A stretch of DNA of 63,940 bases, filler included, from an uncultured bacterium (GCA_964449065.1; 6 parts of 6 records of this genome joined end to end with filler, not necessarily neighbours in it), one strand, 5' to 3'. Shown: positions 19,873 to 30,364, numbered from the whole stretch's first letter. Notes: generated from the letters alone by a model not told the origin. Program-made: numbers and translations.

Positions 19873-21213
19873 ATGAGATTTCACTTGCTTTTCGGGTTAT
19901 TATTACTGGCTGCCATACCGCGCGTTTCTCTTGCGGAAATGAAAGCGGGTTTAGCCTCCATCGTCATCACTCCCAAAGAATACCTCTGGATGTCCGGCTA
20001 TGCCGCCCGTACCAAACCCGCCGAAGGCAAACTGCATGATCTCTACGCCAAAGCCATCGCCATCGAAGACGGGCAGGGCACTCAAGCGGTTATCGTCACC
20101 ACAGACCTCATCGGTGTCTCGGCTGAACTGACCCAAAACGTGGTGTCCCGCGTGCAAGACAAAACCGGCATTCCCCGCAAAGCCATCATGCTGACATCCT
20201 CACACACACATTCCGGTCCGGTCATACGCACCAACCTCAAAACCATGTACGAACTGGAACCGGTGATGTGGAATAAAATTTCCGAATACACCAAAAACCT
20301 CGAAGACAAACTGGTTCAAGTCATCTTGCAGGCGGTTGAAAATATCCAACCCGCGGAACTCAGCCGCGGAACCGGCCGCGCGGATTTCGCCGCCAATAGG
20401 CGTGTCTATACCTATGACGGCATGACATTCGGCGTAAACCCAATCGGCCCCGTTGATTACGATGTCCCCTTTCTGCAAGTGAAGAACACTCAGCATGAAC
20501 AACTGGGCTTATTGTTTGGATACGCTTGCCATAACACCACGCTGGATGGTTATCAATACAATGGCGATTACGCCGGTTTCGCGCAGGCGTTTTTAGACCG
20601 GGTGTTTCCCGGTGATGTCCACCTCTTCTTTGCCGGCTGCGGCGGCGATATCAACCCCAACCCCCGCCGCGAAATAGCGCTGGCAAAGCAGCACGGCGAA
20701 GAACTGGGGCAAGCGGTCGTTGCCGCGTTAGCCCACGATATGCAAAATGTCGATGGCACCATCAAATTGGCATATTCAGAGCTGCAAGTTCCTCTCAGCA
20801 CACCGCCGGATAAAGAACAACTCAAACAGCAACTGGAAGACAGCAACAAATACGTCCGCCTGTTATCCCAAAGTCTCAGCAAACAAATAGAACAAGAAGG
20901 CAGCCTGCCCGATTCATACCCCGTACCCATCCAAGTCTGGTCAATTAACGATTGGCTGATTATCGCGTTAGGCGGCGAAGCGGTTGTTGATTACGCCCTG
21001 CTCTTCAAAGACAAATACGGAGCAGAGAACACTTGGGTCATTGCGTACGCCAATGATGTCATGTGCTACATCCCATCTTTGCGCGTCTTGCAGGAAGGCG
21101 GCTACGAAGCCGAAACCTCCATGATCTACTACGGCTTCCACGGCCCCTGGCAGCCCCAAATCCAAGAACTCATCATCGAAGAAGTTGACCGCTTGGTAAA
21201 TATGCTTGACTGA
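19873..21213 (+). CDS. Neutral/alkaline ceramidase N-terminal domain protein (secreted)
   Basis: Signal peptide; MSGYAAR, HDLYAKA, SHTHSGP, NRR, YACHNT, GCGGDINP, GGYE. Confidence 0.85.
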   Translation: MRFHLLFGLLLLAAIPRVSLAEMKAGLASIVITPKEYLWMSGYAARTKPAEGKLHDLYAKAIAIEDGQGTQAVIVTTDLIGVSAELTQNVVSRVQDKTGIPRKAIMLTSSHTHSGPVIRTNLKTMYELEPVMWNKISEYTKNLEDKLVQVILQAVENIQPAELSRGTGRADFAANRRVYTYDGMTFGVNPIGPVDYDVPFLQVKNTQHEQLGLLFGYACHNTTLDGYQYNGDYAGFAQAFLDRVFPGDVHLFFAGCGGDINPNPRREIALAKQHGEELGQAVVAALAHDMQNVDGTIKLAYSELQVPLSTPPDKEQLKQQLEDSNKYVRLLSQSLSKQIEQEGSLPDSYPVPIQVWSINDWLIIALGGEAVVDYALLFKDKYGAENTWVIAYANDVMCYIPSLRVLQEGGYEAETSMIYYGFHGPWQPQIQELIIEEVDRLVNMLD

Positions 21214-21428
21214 ATCAAACAGGATAAGATGGGCTTGCAACCAATAAGATTATTATTTCTAAAAATTAAAAAGCGGTGTAGCATATCGATACTCTTCCGC
21301 TTTATCCGGCAGCCCACCGAATCAACTTCAAAGCTTAAGAACCAATAATTCAAATACCATCCCCCCGTCTCATCCTTTATCCTCCGTGCAATCATGATAC
21401 ATTATCACTACACCAAAGAGAACAACCG

Positions 21429-21728
21429 ATGATAAAAATCCAAATCGATTTGTCTGCGCAAATCAAAAATAAAGCGGTCAATCCGCCCGATACCTTAGAA
21501 TTCAACCCGCCCTGTTCGGTACAAGACTGCGTTCGCACGCTTGCCGAAGAGTGCGGGGATGAATTCAAACAATTCTTATTCAATGAAAATGGATGTCTTC
21601 GGTCTACCGTGCTGTTGGCAGTCAATGACGCTCAAATCTGTTGGGATGAACCGGAATTGTTAAACGATGGCGACCGCGTAAGCATTTTCTCACCCATCGC
21701 AGGGGGAGACTATTTCCGGATTCCATAG
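21429..21728 (+). CDS. MoaD/ThiS family sulfur carrier protein
   Basis: LLAVND....L.DGDRVSIFSPIAGG followed by a 6-residue extension DYFRIP. Confidence 0.88.
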   Translation: MIKIQIDLSAQIKNKAVNPPDTLEFNPPCSVQDCVRTLAEECGDEFKQFLFNENGCLRSTVLLAVNDAQICWDEPELLNDGDRVSIFSPIAGGDYFRIP

Positions 21729-21847
21729 GGGCAGCACCCAGCAACTGCCAGTTGTGCGCTGAAAACGTAAACATTCAGTATTTTGACTGAAGGAAATTAT
21801 TCAACTCTAAACTCTAGTCACTAATCTCTGCATTTAGGAGTAAACCA

Positions 21848-21903
21848 TTGCGCCAAATTCAACCACTGACAGAAGAAGAAGCCCAAACCTATGAATGGCA
21901 AAT
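21848..21903 (+). CDS. Partial HesA/MoeB/ThiF family protein (5' fragment cut by contig end)
   Basis: AGGAG RBS, then TTG..: MRQIQPLTEEEAQTYEWQ, resembling the E1-like LTxEExxxYxxQ N-terminus; follows MoaD. Confidence 0.6.
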
Positions 21904-22003
21904 NNNNNNNNNNNNNNNNNNNNNNNNNNNNNNNNNNNNNNNNNNNNTTAATTAATTAANNNNNNNNNNNNNNNNNNNNNNNNNNNNNNNNNNNNNNNNN
22001 NNN
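21904..22003. other. Artificial contig linker
   Basis: N44-TTAATTAATTAA-N44. Confidence 0.99.
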
Positions 22004-22151
22004 GGGGGATCGAAGCACGCTTTCAACAACGCAAAATCCCCCGGAGCCTACGGCTCCACCCCCTTATGTAAGGGGGTTATTGTACTGCATTTCAAATTTC
22101 TCAACGTTTTCATACGGGCATTACTGCCTCCATATTTTGTTGTATTTCTTC

Positions 22152-22228
22152 TTATTTAGTGACTATCGAAACGGATTTAAAGCTCGCAACAATACCTACC
22201 GTATAGAATTTTGCGTAACATGAGTAAT
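22152..22228. repeat. MITE-like repeat (inverted copy of 10777-10853)
   Basis: Direct sequence comparison; only a few mismatches. Confidence 0.85.
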
Positions 22229-22252
22229 AGTTTAACCGGAACGCTTTACTCT

Positions 22253-23980
22253 CTACGAATCCGCGTGAAACCAAGCGGTCACGAAGGTGTATATGGCATT
22301 CCATGTAATAGAGGTTTCATTGGTGGAAAAACTTTCGGCATGATCTTGATAGACCAAAGCGGGTGGGGTTTGGGCGGTAAACGCTTTCTTGACGATGCCG
22401 TCGCTGAGCGAGCCGTTCGGTCCGGCTACCAACATTCCCGGAACCGGTTTGGTTGGTTTTGTAATCTGATGGTAAAAATGAAAGGGGGTTTGCGGGGATG
22501 TGTGTCCGGTGCCGGTAACGAAACTCATCGAAAGCGGATTTCTGCCTAAAACGATATGCAGTTGATCCAGAGCGGTTGCCAAATAGTTTTGCTTTGGCTG
22601 TGAATCATGGGCGAGGATTAAAATTGCCGCGTTTTGCAGCAAGGCGTGATTGGATCCCCACAATATATCATCCGGCTTTAAACTGGAACGCATGCCGCTC
22701 TGATTTGCGGTTTCAACAATGGTATCCGCTAAAGACAGCAAATCCGCTTTCATTTCTTCCAGGACTTTGGTTTCGGCAAAGGGTGTGGGATGAACAACGA
22801 TTGAACCGGCCGCCAACGGCATCACCTGCCCCCAATAGCCTGCTGAAGATAACAGCGGCACCCGGTTTTCGGTCAAGATTTGAACCGCGGTATAGTATTT
22901 GGGTTCGCCGGTGCTGATGAATAATTCAACCGCCGCCCAAATGCGTTCATCGTTGTCGTCTTCATCCGAATAACTTTTGGTGCGGAACCCTTCCGGATTT
23001 TCAAACGGCTGGGGTTCGGGATTGTTGATCAAAAATGCCCAGGCTTTTTGCGAGGATTTAAAACACGCCTCCGCAAACTGCGAATCATAACGTTGATAAA
23101 CTCTGCTGGCTTTTGCTAAAACCGCGCAGGCGTTGGCGGTTGCGTTGGTCGAAACCGGAAGCACAAAGCGAGTGGTGTCTTTGTTTTGGTCATCCGGTTT
23201 TGAGAGCGGTTCTTTTGCTGTGATTTTGTGATGAACACCGCCGTCGTCACGCTGCATCCGCATGAGCCACTCCAGTTCCCACCGCGCTTCATCCACAATA
23301 TCAGGAGAACCGTTGCGAAAGCCGGGAATCCCGACCGAGCCGTCTGGGAAAAGATCGGGCTTCATTTCATGCAGTTGAAGCAGGATGCCTGCCGCGTAAG
23401 CACCGCTGACAGTATGCTTTCCTAGGTTGCTGCCGTCATACCATCCGCCGGATGCGGGATGAATGACCGGTTCGTTTTGTTGGAGATCAAACAATACGGC
23501 ATCATTTGTATGCAATGCTTCGCGGGAAAACTCATGAGCATATTTTTCGGTTAACTCCACGCCGCTGCGGTGAAAGTAAAAACTTTTCAGGGCCTCCACA
23601 GCGGTTTGCCCGTAAACGGACGGAGAGATCTTAAAGGGAAGCGACTTTCCAATACCATGCACTTGAAGCTGATAGGTTCCAGTGGCGTTGATTTGGCTGA
23701 AATCCGCTTCCCACACATGTATGCCGGTGCTGGCGTCATGGGCTTGGGAAAGTTTTAGTATCCCTTTTATAACCGGCGCGTTCTGAGGAGATTCCGGTTG
23801 ATAGCGGTGAAGTTCAAAGGGCATTGCCGTAACGGCGGAAACGAAAGCCACTTTTGGCGCGGCGGGTAAATATCCCAAATGATTGACAAAGATATCCGGC
23901 GAAACCTCCGGCTTTTCTTCTTGGCTAAAGGATGCATGGGAATACGTTATTAGAATGAATATGACAAGCAATCGGCGCAT
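22253..23980 (-). CDS. Glycoside hydrolase family 9 protein with N-terminal Ig-like domain
   Basis: Signal peptide; VNHLGY, FYFHRSG, SGGWYD, DEARWELEW, LGRNPLSMSFVTG, GPN, TNE..ITWNA. Confidence 0.9.
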   Translation of the reverse strand: MRRLLVIFILITYSHASFSQEEKPEVSPDIFVNHLGYLPAAPKVAFVSAVTAMPFELHRYQPESPQNAPVIKGILKLSQAHDASTGIHVWEADFSQINATGTYQLQVHGIGKSLPFKISPSVYGQTAVEALKSFYFHRSGVELTEKYAHEFSREALHTNDAVLFDLQQNEPVIHPASGGWYDGSNLGKHTVSGAYAAGILLQLHEMKPDLFPDGSVGIPGFRNGSPDIVDEARWELEWLMRMQRDDGGVHHKITAKEPLSKPDDQNKDTTRFVLPVSTNATANACAVLAKASRVYQRYDSQFAEACFKSSQKAWAFLINNPEPQPFENPEGFRTKSYSDEDDNDERIWAAVELFISTGEPKYYTAVQILTENRVPLLSSAGYWGQVMPLAAGSIVVHPTPFAETKVLEEMKADLLSLADTIVETANQSGMRSSLKPDDILWGSNHALLQNAAILILAHDSQPKQNYLATALDQLHIVLGRNPLSMSFVTGTGHTSPQTPFHFYHQITKPTKPVPGMLVAGPNGSLSDGIVKKAFTAQTPPALVYQDHAESFSTNETSITWNAIYTFVTAWFHADS

Positions 23981-24129
23981 AATGAAAGATTGTATCCTAA
24001 ACTCATTATCAACGACAGCATAAATGTTCTGGTTTCGTGAATTTTACCGTAGCGGTTTTCCATCAAAACCGTTATGATTTATGAGGTTACTATACTTACG
24101 TTTCATCCACTATGGAGTGACAAGAATCC

Positions 24130-25398
24130 GTGAACGATTTTAAATTTTTCTTTTGGTCTGCTTTGGTTTTTATGGCGGTGCCTTTTGCCATGGCCGACAC
24201 GGTCTTTTACCGGAATGGCACCCAACTTGTGGGAACGGTCATTCATCAAAGTACTGGTATTGTCTCGATCGATGTAAAAGGGGTTCCCTTTTCCACGCCG
24301 CGTTCGGATGTGGTTGAAGTGATTCTTTCGGGCGGCGCGCCGGAACAATACCCTTCCGCATACGGTGGTTTTGAAGATAGTCCGGCAACCATTACACCAT
24401 CAACCCCAAACATGCAAGAAGAAAATGTGTTTCCTATTTCGGAACTTCCTGTCCCGAATAACCGGGAAACACCGACTGAGACTCCTTCATTACCGATTCA
24501 ATCCGGCCCCTACGGTGGCGTGGAAGAGCCGGAACAAACCGGGGGAACGGTTGAGGACGGTGCACAACCGATGCTCCCTGTGGTGATGCCTTCCGGTAAG
24601 GCGTATCAAATCACCGGGGCGGGCGTGCGGTTCCGAAACGGGCCGAGTTTGGATTATCCTATTGTCACCACATTGCCAAGCCGCACTGTGTTAATTGAGA
24701 TCGAAGTAACGGACGGCTGGCTGCACGCCAAAACCTTGNNNNNNNNNNTTCACTTGAATTTTGTGCAGCCCATGGAAAATGAACCGGCGATTGTGACAGG
24801 TGACAGTCTTCATGTTCGTGAAGCGGCGGGCGAGATTTACCGCTCATTAGAGCGGCTGCGCCGGGGGGAAATCGTGATCAAACTGGATGAAAGCCCGGGC
24901 TGGTGGCTGGTGTTAACCAATGACTCGATTGCCGGGTGGTCGAGCGCGGAGTATTTGGAATTGATCGAAAATCCCGCGGCGTTAACACCCTCGATGCGGG
25001 TAGTGCAGAACGAAGCGGCAAACCGGCCGGTCAATGTTGAAAAACGTTCCAGCGAAGACGGCGGTCAACAGATTACCTTTACCGTGCAGGATGACAATTT
25101 TGTGGTGAGTGGAAAAACCAAATTGTGCGTCCTTCGAAACAGCGGTACCGAGCTGAATTATACCGCTGAAAATATATTGCAGCGTGAACAGATCCGGTCA
25201 TCCAGCGCGATGATGCGGGCCGGGTTTCCGGAATCGTTGGCTGTGCAATACACATCAATGGACATCCTGACGCTGCTTGGCGCGCGAACAACCGGCGGCT
25301 GGCAGTATACGCTTACCATCCCTTCGCAAGAAGAACTGGCGTTCGCGTTTATTCTGCAAGAGGGACCCTACCGGGGAACGGTGGTTGTGGCTCCATAA
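24130..25398 (+). CDS. Secreted tandem SH3 (SH3b) domain protein; contains a 10-N gap at 24739-24748
   Basis: Signal peptide; VRFRNGPSLDYPIV..L..DGW and LHVREAAG..GWW..GWSSAEYL repeats. Confidence 0.8.
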   Translation: MNDFKFFFWSALVFMAVPFAMADTVFYRNGTQLVGTVIHQSTGIVSIDVKGVPFSTPRSDVVEVILSGGAPEQYPSAYGGFEDSPATITPSTPNMQEENVFPISELPVPNNRETPTETPSLPIQSGPYGGVEEPEQTGGTVEDGAQPMLPVVMPSGKAYQITGAGVRFRNGPSLDYPIVTTLPSRTVLIEIEVTDGWLHAKTLXXXXHLNFVQPMENEPAIVTGDSLHVREAAGEIYRSLERLRRGEIVIKLDESPGWWLVLTNDSIAGWSSAEYLELIENPAALTPSMRVVQNEAANRPVNVEKRSSEDGGQQITFTVQDDNFVVSGKTKLCVLRNSGTELNYTAENILQREQIRSSSAMMRAGFPESLAVQYTSMDILTLLGARTTGGWQYTLTIPSQEELAFAFILQEGPYRGTVVVAP

Positions 25399-26073
25399 TT
25401 ACTTCGGTAAATATTCAACCAACGGGCATGCATCGCATTTGGGGGTTTTGCGGCAGTAGTTGTGACCGACAGCCACGATCTGCGCGTGAAAATCTTGATA
25501 GAGATTTAATTCTTTAGGGATTGCATCTTCAAATAGTTCCTGCAAGCCGTGATAATCGATTTCTTCCTCCGCCCAGTGATGACGGGTCATGACGCGGTAG
25601 GTATACAGATCGATTACAAACGATAAATGATCTCCGGCATAGAGTAATATCGAATCGGCGGTTTCCGGCCCGATGCCTTTGATGGCAAGTAATTTAGGCC
25701 GCAGTGATTCCGTCGGTTCTTGAAACATTTTCGTTAAACTTCCCTTGTATTCTTTGTGTAAGAACCGTAAAAAGTTTTTGATCTTGATGGCTTTTTGGTT
25801 GTAGTAGCCGGAGGGGCGGATGAGTTCTGCCAGCTCTTCTTGGGGAAGTTTAGAAAGCGCTTTGTAGCTCAACACGCGTTTTGATTTGAGGTTCTGGAGC
25901 GCTTTTTCGACGTTCTTCCAATTGGTGTTTTGGGTGAGGATGGCGCCGAGGATAATTTCCAGCTTCGAATCGCCCGGCCACCAGTTGCGGTGGCCGAAGC
26001 GGTTCTGAAGCACATTGTATATTTCAAGCAAATCGACTCGTTTACCCACACTGTTTCTTATCACTTCACTCAA
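25399..26073 (-). CDS. HhH-GPD endonuclease III-domain DNA glycosylase
   Basis: WWP, GAILTQNTNWKNV, IRPSGYYNQKA, IKGIGPETADSILLYA, CRKTPKCDAC; exact start uncertain. Confidence 0.92.
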   Translation of the reverse strand: MSEVIRNSVGKRVDLLEIYNVLQNRFGHRNWWPGDSKLEIILGAILTQNTNWKNVEKALQNLKSKRVLSYKALSKLPQEELAELIRPSGYYNQKAIKIKNFLRFLHKEYKGSLTKMFQEPTESLRPKLLAIKGIGPETADSILLYAGDHLSFVIDLYTYRVMTRHHWAEEEIDYHGLQELFEDAIPKELNLYQDFHAQIVAVGHNYCRKTPKCDACPLVEYLPK

Positions 26074-26152
26074 TTATCACTGCGCCATTGGCGGATTCGG
26101 TACGTACCTCGGTATCATAATACAGAAACGCGGTGTTGGTACCGCCATCGGC
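26066..26152 (-). repeat. 87-bp orphan duplicate of the alpha-2-macroglobulin gene 3' end
   Basis: 81/87 identical to 30637-30723; reads ADGGTNTAFLYYDTEVRTESANGAVIIE-stop. Confidence 0.95.
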
Positions 26153-26163
26153 TATTGATAAGC

Positions 26164-27099
26164 TTACGAATTCGGTCTTTTGCCGTCCAGCATATTATAG
26201 CCTTCGGGTGGTTCCGTTGAAAAAAGATCATCTGTAACACTTCCATCATTGAACGATGCCTCTAAAACCGTAAGAACCTGTTCAGAAATCACTTCCCCTT
26301 CATCGATTTGATTTAATGATGGCGCATTGATTTGACGAATGGTTGAGGATTGGGGATAGAATACTTCCCCGTATTGCTGGATGTCATTAATTTCAATATC
26401 AACAATTTCACCCCAAACCGGGTTCCGGTAGGTACAACGTTTAAACAGACTTGGATACGTTGGATGATATTCAATCCTGGCCAATTCAACTGTTGACTGT
26501 GGGGTGGAATATGTGCCCATGATTGTGGATGTATTTCCCACAGATGCCACATGGATGGATGGCAACTCGCCGGATTGGCTGCGTACTTCCGCCGCCAATG
26601 ACATCACCCCATCTACATCATACCCCAACGCCTGTGGCGGTAGATAAAGGGTGCCGGAATTGCTCATTCTGTAAGGTACGGGTTTGCGTGGATTTACCAG
26701 CCCCAAAACATGGTCGAGCAATGTGATTTTTTCACCATCATAGATATAAGATCTATGGATTGGTTCCGGATAAAAGTCACTGGGTTCCCGTTCCACATCA
26801 AAACGGAATTTATCATCTTTAAAATACGCCCGTAGATGTTTTGAATAGGTGACCGTTTGTGGTTCTACAGCATTGGCATATTGAGTTAGGTCTTGTATGT
26901 TTTGGATGTCAATTTGAGGTCTGGCCTCATGTGTGTAAACAGATAAATAAAGCACATTACCGGAACGCAAAGCCCGGTCATTTTCTTTTATGGTACTGAG
27001 TGGTGCATTCGCATAAGCAATCAACGCAGTAACGAAAATTGCAGAAACACTTATGAGGATAAAACGAATATTGAAGGAATTCTTAAACATGATGGTCAT
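26164..27099 (-). CDS. Secreted hypothetical protein (possible LolA/lipoprotein-sorting-like beta fold)
   Basis: Signal peptide; KFRFD, YDGE, FYP and VTDDLF motifs; GGAG RBS. Confidence 0.65.
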   Translation of the reverse strand: MTIMFKNSFNIRFILISVSAIFVTALIAYANAPLSTIKENDRALRSGNVLYLSVYTHEARPQIDIQNIQDLTQYANAVEPQTVTYSKHLRAYFKDDKFRFDVEREPSDFYPEPIHRSYIYDGEKITLLDHVLGLVNPRKPVPYRMSNSGTLYLPPQALGYDVDGVMSLAAEVRSQSGELPSIHVASVGNTSTIMGTYSTPQSTVELARIEYHPTYPSLFKRCTYRNPVWGEIVDIEINDIQQYGEVFYPQSSTIRQINAPSLNQIDEGEVISEQVLTVLEASFNDGSVTDDLFSTEPPEGYNMLDGKRPNS

Positions 27100-27174
27100 C
27101 TCCTTTATTTACTTCTTATTGAATTTATTGATCAGTCACGCAATCAAACTACCGAATTCACCTCCTTTCTATAT

Positions 27175-27188
27175 GTTACTTAAATAAC
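27175..27188. promoter_or_regulatory. Putative BlaI-family operator copy 2
   Basis: GTTACTTAAATAAC, 13/14 identical to the palindrome at 30382-30395; lies within the longer inverted repeat ATATGTTA..TAACATAT. Confidence 0.65.
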
Positions 27189-27206
27189 ATATTTAGCAAA
27201 AAAAAA

Positions 27207-27806
27207 TTAAAATTCCATTTTCTTGGTTATTTCATTTGTTTCCGCTACAAAAATTCCGCCAATACTGATAATCCCGTTTGATGGAGCGTATAACTCTAGG
27301 GTGTATTGTCTCGTGGGTCCATAACTCAAAAGAGTCCACTGGGATTTATTTTTAGTTAGAAACCCGCCTTCCGTATAACGGTAATCCGGCCGCTGTTCCC
27401 AATCTTCTTTTACTTTTCTCCCGGTACGGCTCTGAATTCTTTCACGCCTATATCCATCAAACATATTGAACAAGTGCATATTTTTTTTAGCCCAAGGGCT
27501 TTGTGGTATTGTTTTTAAATAGGGGATAGGTGTCGTCAGTTCAAAAAGGTTTTTTGCATAGCGGGGAACGGGGCCAAGAATATGTTGTGGAGCAGGTGGG
27601 ATCGAATTGTGATCCGTTTGATACATTGCAATCGATGCTGAAATGGTTTTTAGACCGGTTTTTGCCTGTGCAATTTCTGCCCGGATTTTTGCGCCGGACA
27701 ATGTAGAGATAGCCAATGCAGCCAATATACTTAAGACTGCCGTAACAACCAGCAGTTCAATTAATGTAAACGCGTTTGTTGCTTTGGATGGCCTAGTCAG
27801 CATCAT
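27207..27806 (-). CDS. Prepilin-type N-terminal cleavage/methylation domain protein
   Basis: AFTLIELLVVTAVLSILAALA; LTTPIPYL; SYGP; YAPSNGIISIG; start at MML after GGAG. Confidence 0.88.
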   Translation of the reverse strand: MMLTRPSKATNAFTLIELLVVTAVLSILAALAISTLSGAKIRAEIAQAKTGLKTISASIAMYQTDHNSIPPAPQHILGPVPRYAKNLFELTTPIPYLKTIPQSPWAKKNMHLFNMFDGYRRERIQSRTGRKVKEDWEQRPDYRYTEGGFLTKNKSQWTLLSYGPTRQYTLELYAPSNGIISIGGIFVAETNEITKKMEF

Positions 27807-29991
27807 ATTTCTCCAACATTTGCCAAGAATAAATCGATGAAGCCGGTATAAACGATTGCAAAACAAATACAAACAATGGATCACCGCCAATCCACAAATC
27901 TTGATTGACATAAGCAGTGGGGAAAACACCGATCCCCAGCGGTAAATTCGCTTCTGGTACTAACTTGGCTTTGCTGTCCAATTTACTAATGAATAATCCT
28001 CCCCGCGTTTTCGACCCATTTATAACCGTCAAAAAATACGGTTCATATACATACGTATTTGCATGAACTTTTCTCTCTAGGGACTGATTCGGAAACGGTA
28101 GGGAAACCATGGATTTTGCTGTTTCATTTGATATTAGAGGTATCCAGCGGTGTTCGATGGTTTGAGGATCATTCACAGAATTCAGTCCATTTTGAGGATT
28201 GCTTTGTGTCACACAAAATAAACCATCCTCAAACGCGTTTAAATACAAAATACTGAAATTCCGGTTTTCAAATTCCCAGCGGGACAATAATGTTATTTCT
28301 TCATTGGTTTGGCGGTAAACAAAAATGTCTTTACCACCCGTGTACAAAATTGTCGGATCGGAAGGATGAACATCAGCTGAAAATATGAATTCGTTTTGAG
28401 GGAGTCGCACCCGCCATTTCTCTTGAATTTGAGCCGGATTGCTCACATCAAACGCGGTGAAATAATCCAAAAAGTCATAGCCGTCAAACTCTGTTACACG
28501 GGCAAAAAGCGTATTTCCGATGAGGTTTATTCCACCCACGGAATAGGCCGGGAACTGCGTTACCAATTCTGGTTCAGCAGGATTGGATACATCTACAATA
28601 TGAATTCCACCCAATGGCAGCGGGTTATCTGCCGTTATAGCGTGACGGTCGATTGAACTGAGAAACAAAAACGAATCTTTACTTGCATGTAATGAGAAAG
28701 TTCGAGGCGGGGTCTCTCTTCCCCCTGCCAATGCGGCAACCAAGGGTGTGAGTTCCAATTGGGAAACAGGTTCTTGCGCGGCGCCATGATTTGTTATGGC
28801 GTATCCAAACAATATGCCTGCGGGTTGGTCTACAATCCAATACACATCACGAACTTGCAATGCGTCCGCCGCGAGTTCCGGCAGGATGTTGGATTGTATA
28901 TGTAACGGTTCGGGTGCAGGGAGTGATGGAAAGGCGTTGTCAATGATCTCTACTTCTAAAACCGTTGTGTCAATATCCTCCAAACGGGGGAACTCTACTT
29001 GGTGTGTATTCACTTGTTGGGTTAATGAAATTTGTACGCTGCTTAGTAAAAAGACGAAAATGGAAACCGTTGTAACCAAAATGGCCTGTTGAGAAGGGCT
29101 GCTTTTTTCGGGTTTTTGATGGTTGAAACGCAAGATATGATCAAACCGTTCCAGCGTTTTTTGCCCCTTTTTCATAAAGTAAAGATCGCATTCAAGGGGC
29201 TGTTGCGGTTGCAGCATTTCCGCCAAATGCACAAACATATTGGCATAGGCGGTGGGCTGCCGGCATACGGCAATGGCATCCATATCGCACACCAACTCAC
29301 GGTGCCGCTCAATGCGGCGCTTTACGAAATGCCAGCCCGGGAAAAACCAAAGGACAATTTGAAAACCAGTGATGATCCGGTCATACACAAAGTCATGATT
29401 GCGTATGTGGCTGAGTTCGTGCGCCAAGATCATACGCACTTCACTTCGGGTGAAATGTTCCAGCACATATTCCGGCAAGATGATGACCGGTTGTAAGCAG
29501 CCGGTAACAAAAGGCGAATAAGAATAGGGCATGATCCGGACTTGAATATCGCGGTTTAGTTTTAGGGTATTGGATAGATCAGCAATGATTCGTTTCACCC
29601 ATTTCGCATGGCAGATTTTGGACGAATTTATGAACGATCTTTGGTCATTGAATTGCAGTATGAAACGCGCTGCCTTCACGGAAAATCCTATTGCATATAT
29701 CCACAAAAATACGCCAAGCAATGATAGATGAGTTAACAAATCCTTTACGGCAAGGCTCAAATGATATTTTTGATCCATAAAGACATACAAAAATGGAAAG
29801 ATGAAAACGGCAATCAATGTTATTTTCCATAACATCATACGGCTCTTAATATTGTTGCTTGACATGAATGGTTCCATCGCTAGAGCCAACGCAATCAGCA
29901 AACCGCTTGCCGCACCCCAATGGATAAGAAACGATACGTAATCCAAATAAAGTTGACTGATATGCAAATCCGGCACGAACATTTTATTCAT
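27793..29991 (-). CDS. M56 (BlaR1-type) metallopeptidase with C-terminal beta-propeller-like (LVIVD) domain
   Basis: SPFVTG..QPVIILP, ILAHELSHIRNHD (HExxH), RELVCD; IVDVSNP and FDVSNP repeats. Confidence 0.9.
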   Translation of the reverse strand: MNKMFVPDLHISQLYLDYVSFLIHWGAASGLLIALALAMEPFMSSNNIKSRMMLWKITLIAVFIFPFLYVFMDQKYHLSLAVKDLLTHLSLLGVFLWIYAIGFSVKAARFILQFNDQRSFINSSKICHAKWVKRIIADLSNTLKLNRDIQVRIMPYSYSPFVTGCLQPVIILPEYVLEHFTRSEVRMILAHELSHIRNHDFVYDRIITGFQIVLWFFPGWHFVKRRIERHRELVCDMDAIAVCRQPTAYANMFVHLAEMLQPQQPLECDLYFMKKGQKTLERFDHILRFNHQKPEKSSPSQQAILVTTVSIFVFLLSSVQISLTQQVNTHQVEFPRLEDIDTTVLEVEIIDNAFPSLPAPEPLHIQSNILPELAADALQVRDVYWIVDQPAGILFGYAITNHGAAQEPVSQLELTPLVAALAGGRETPPRTFSLHASKDSFLFLSSIDRHAITADNPLPLGGIHIVDVSNPAEPELVTQFPAYSVGGINLIGNTLFARVTEFDGYDFLDYFTAFDVSNPAQIQEKWRVRLPQNEFIFSADVHPSDPTILYTGGKDIFVYRQTNEEITLLSRWEFENRNFSILYLNAFEDGLFCVTQSNPQNGLNSVNDPQTIEHRWIPLISNETAKSMVSLPFPNQSLERKVHANTYVYEPYFLTVINGSKTRGGLFISKLDSKAKLVPEANLPLGIGVFPTAYVNQDLWIGGDPLFVFVLQSFIPASSIYSWQMLEKYDAD

Positions 29992-30364
29992 CTTTCTTCA
30001 ACTTATTTTTCATTTGCTGAATCAGTTCCGGTGTAATGTCTTCTTCATCAATGATCCGCATCATCAATTCTGTTGAAGACCCGTTAAAAAATAAATCCCG
30101 AATGTATTGAATCCCGTCGTACTCTGCTTTTGTTTTTGTATATTTGGTAAAATATTTATAACTGCGGTCTTCTTTTTTATGTTGTAAGTACCCTTTGGTT
30201 TCCAATGCTCTTAATGTTTTGCGAATGGCGGAATTGCTGCGTTCCGAACCTTCTTTTTTCAATGCTTCCTGTATTTCTACAGCGGTGACTCTCCCGTATT
30301 CCCATACGATATTCATGATCTTGGCTTCCCAAGAAGTCAAAATGGTGTTGACGGGCCTGCTCAT
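29984..30364 (-). CDS. BlaI/MecI/CopY family transcriptional repressor
   Basis: LT.WEAKIMNIVW, VTAVEI, IRKTLRALETKGYL, RSYKY, FFNGS; overlaps the M56 gene start. Confidence 0.93.
   Translation of the reverse strand: MSRPVNTILTSWEAKIMNIVWEYGRVTAVEIQEALKKEGSERSNSAIRKTLRALETKGYLQHKKEDRSYKYFTKYTKTKAEYDGIQYIRDLFFNGSSTELMMRIIDEEDITPELIQQMKNKLKKDE

Noticed and set aside
24739..24748. Interruption in the SH3 gene as a frameshift or pseudogene
   Set aside because: It is a 10-N scaffold gap and the frame continues on both sides
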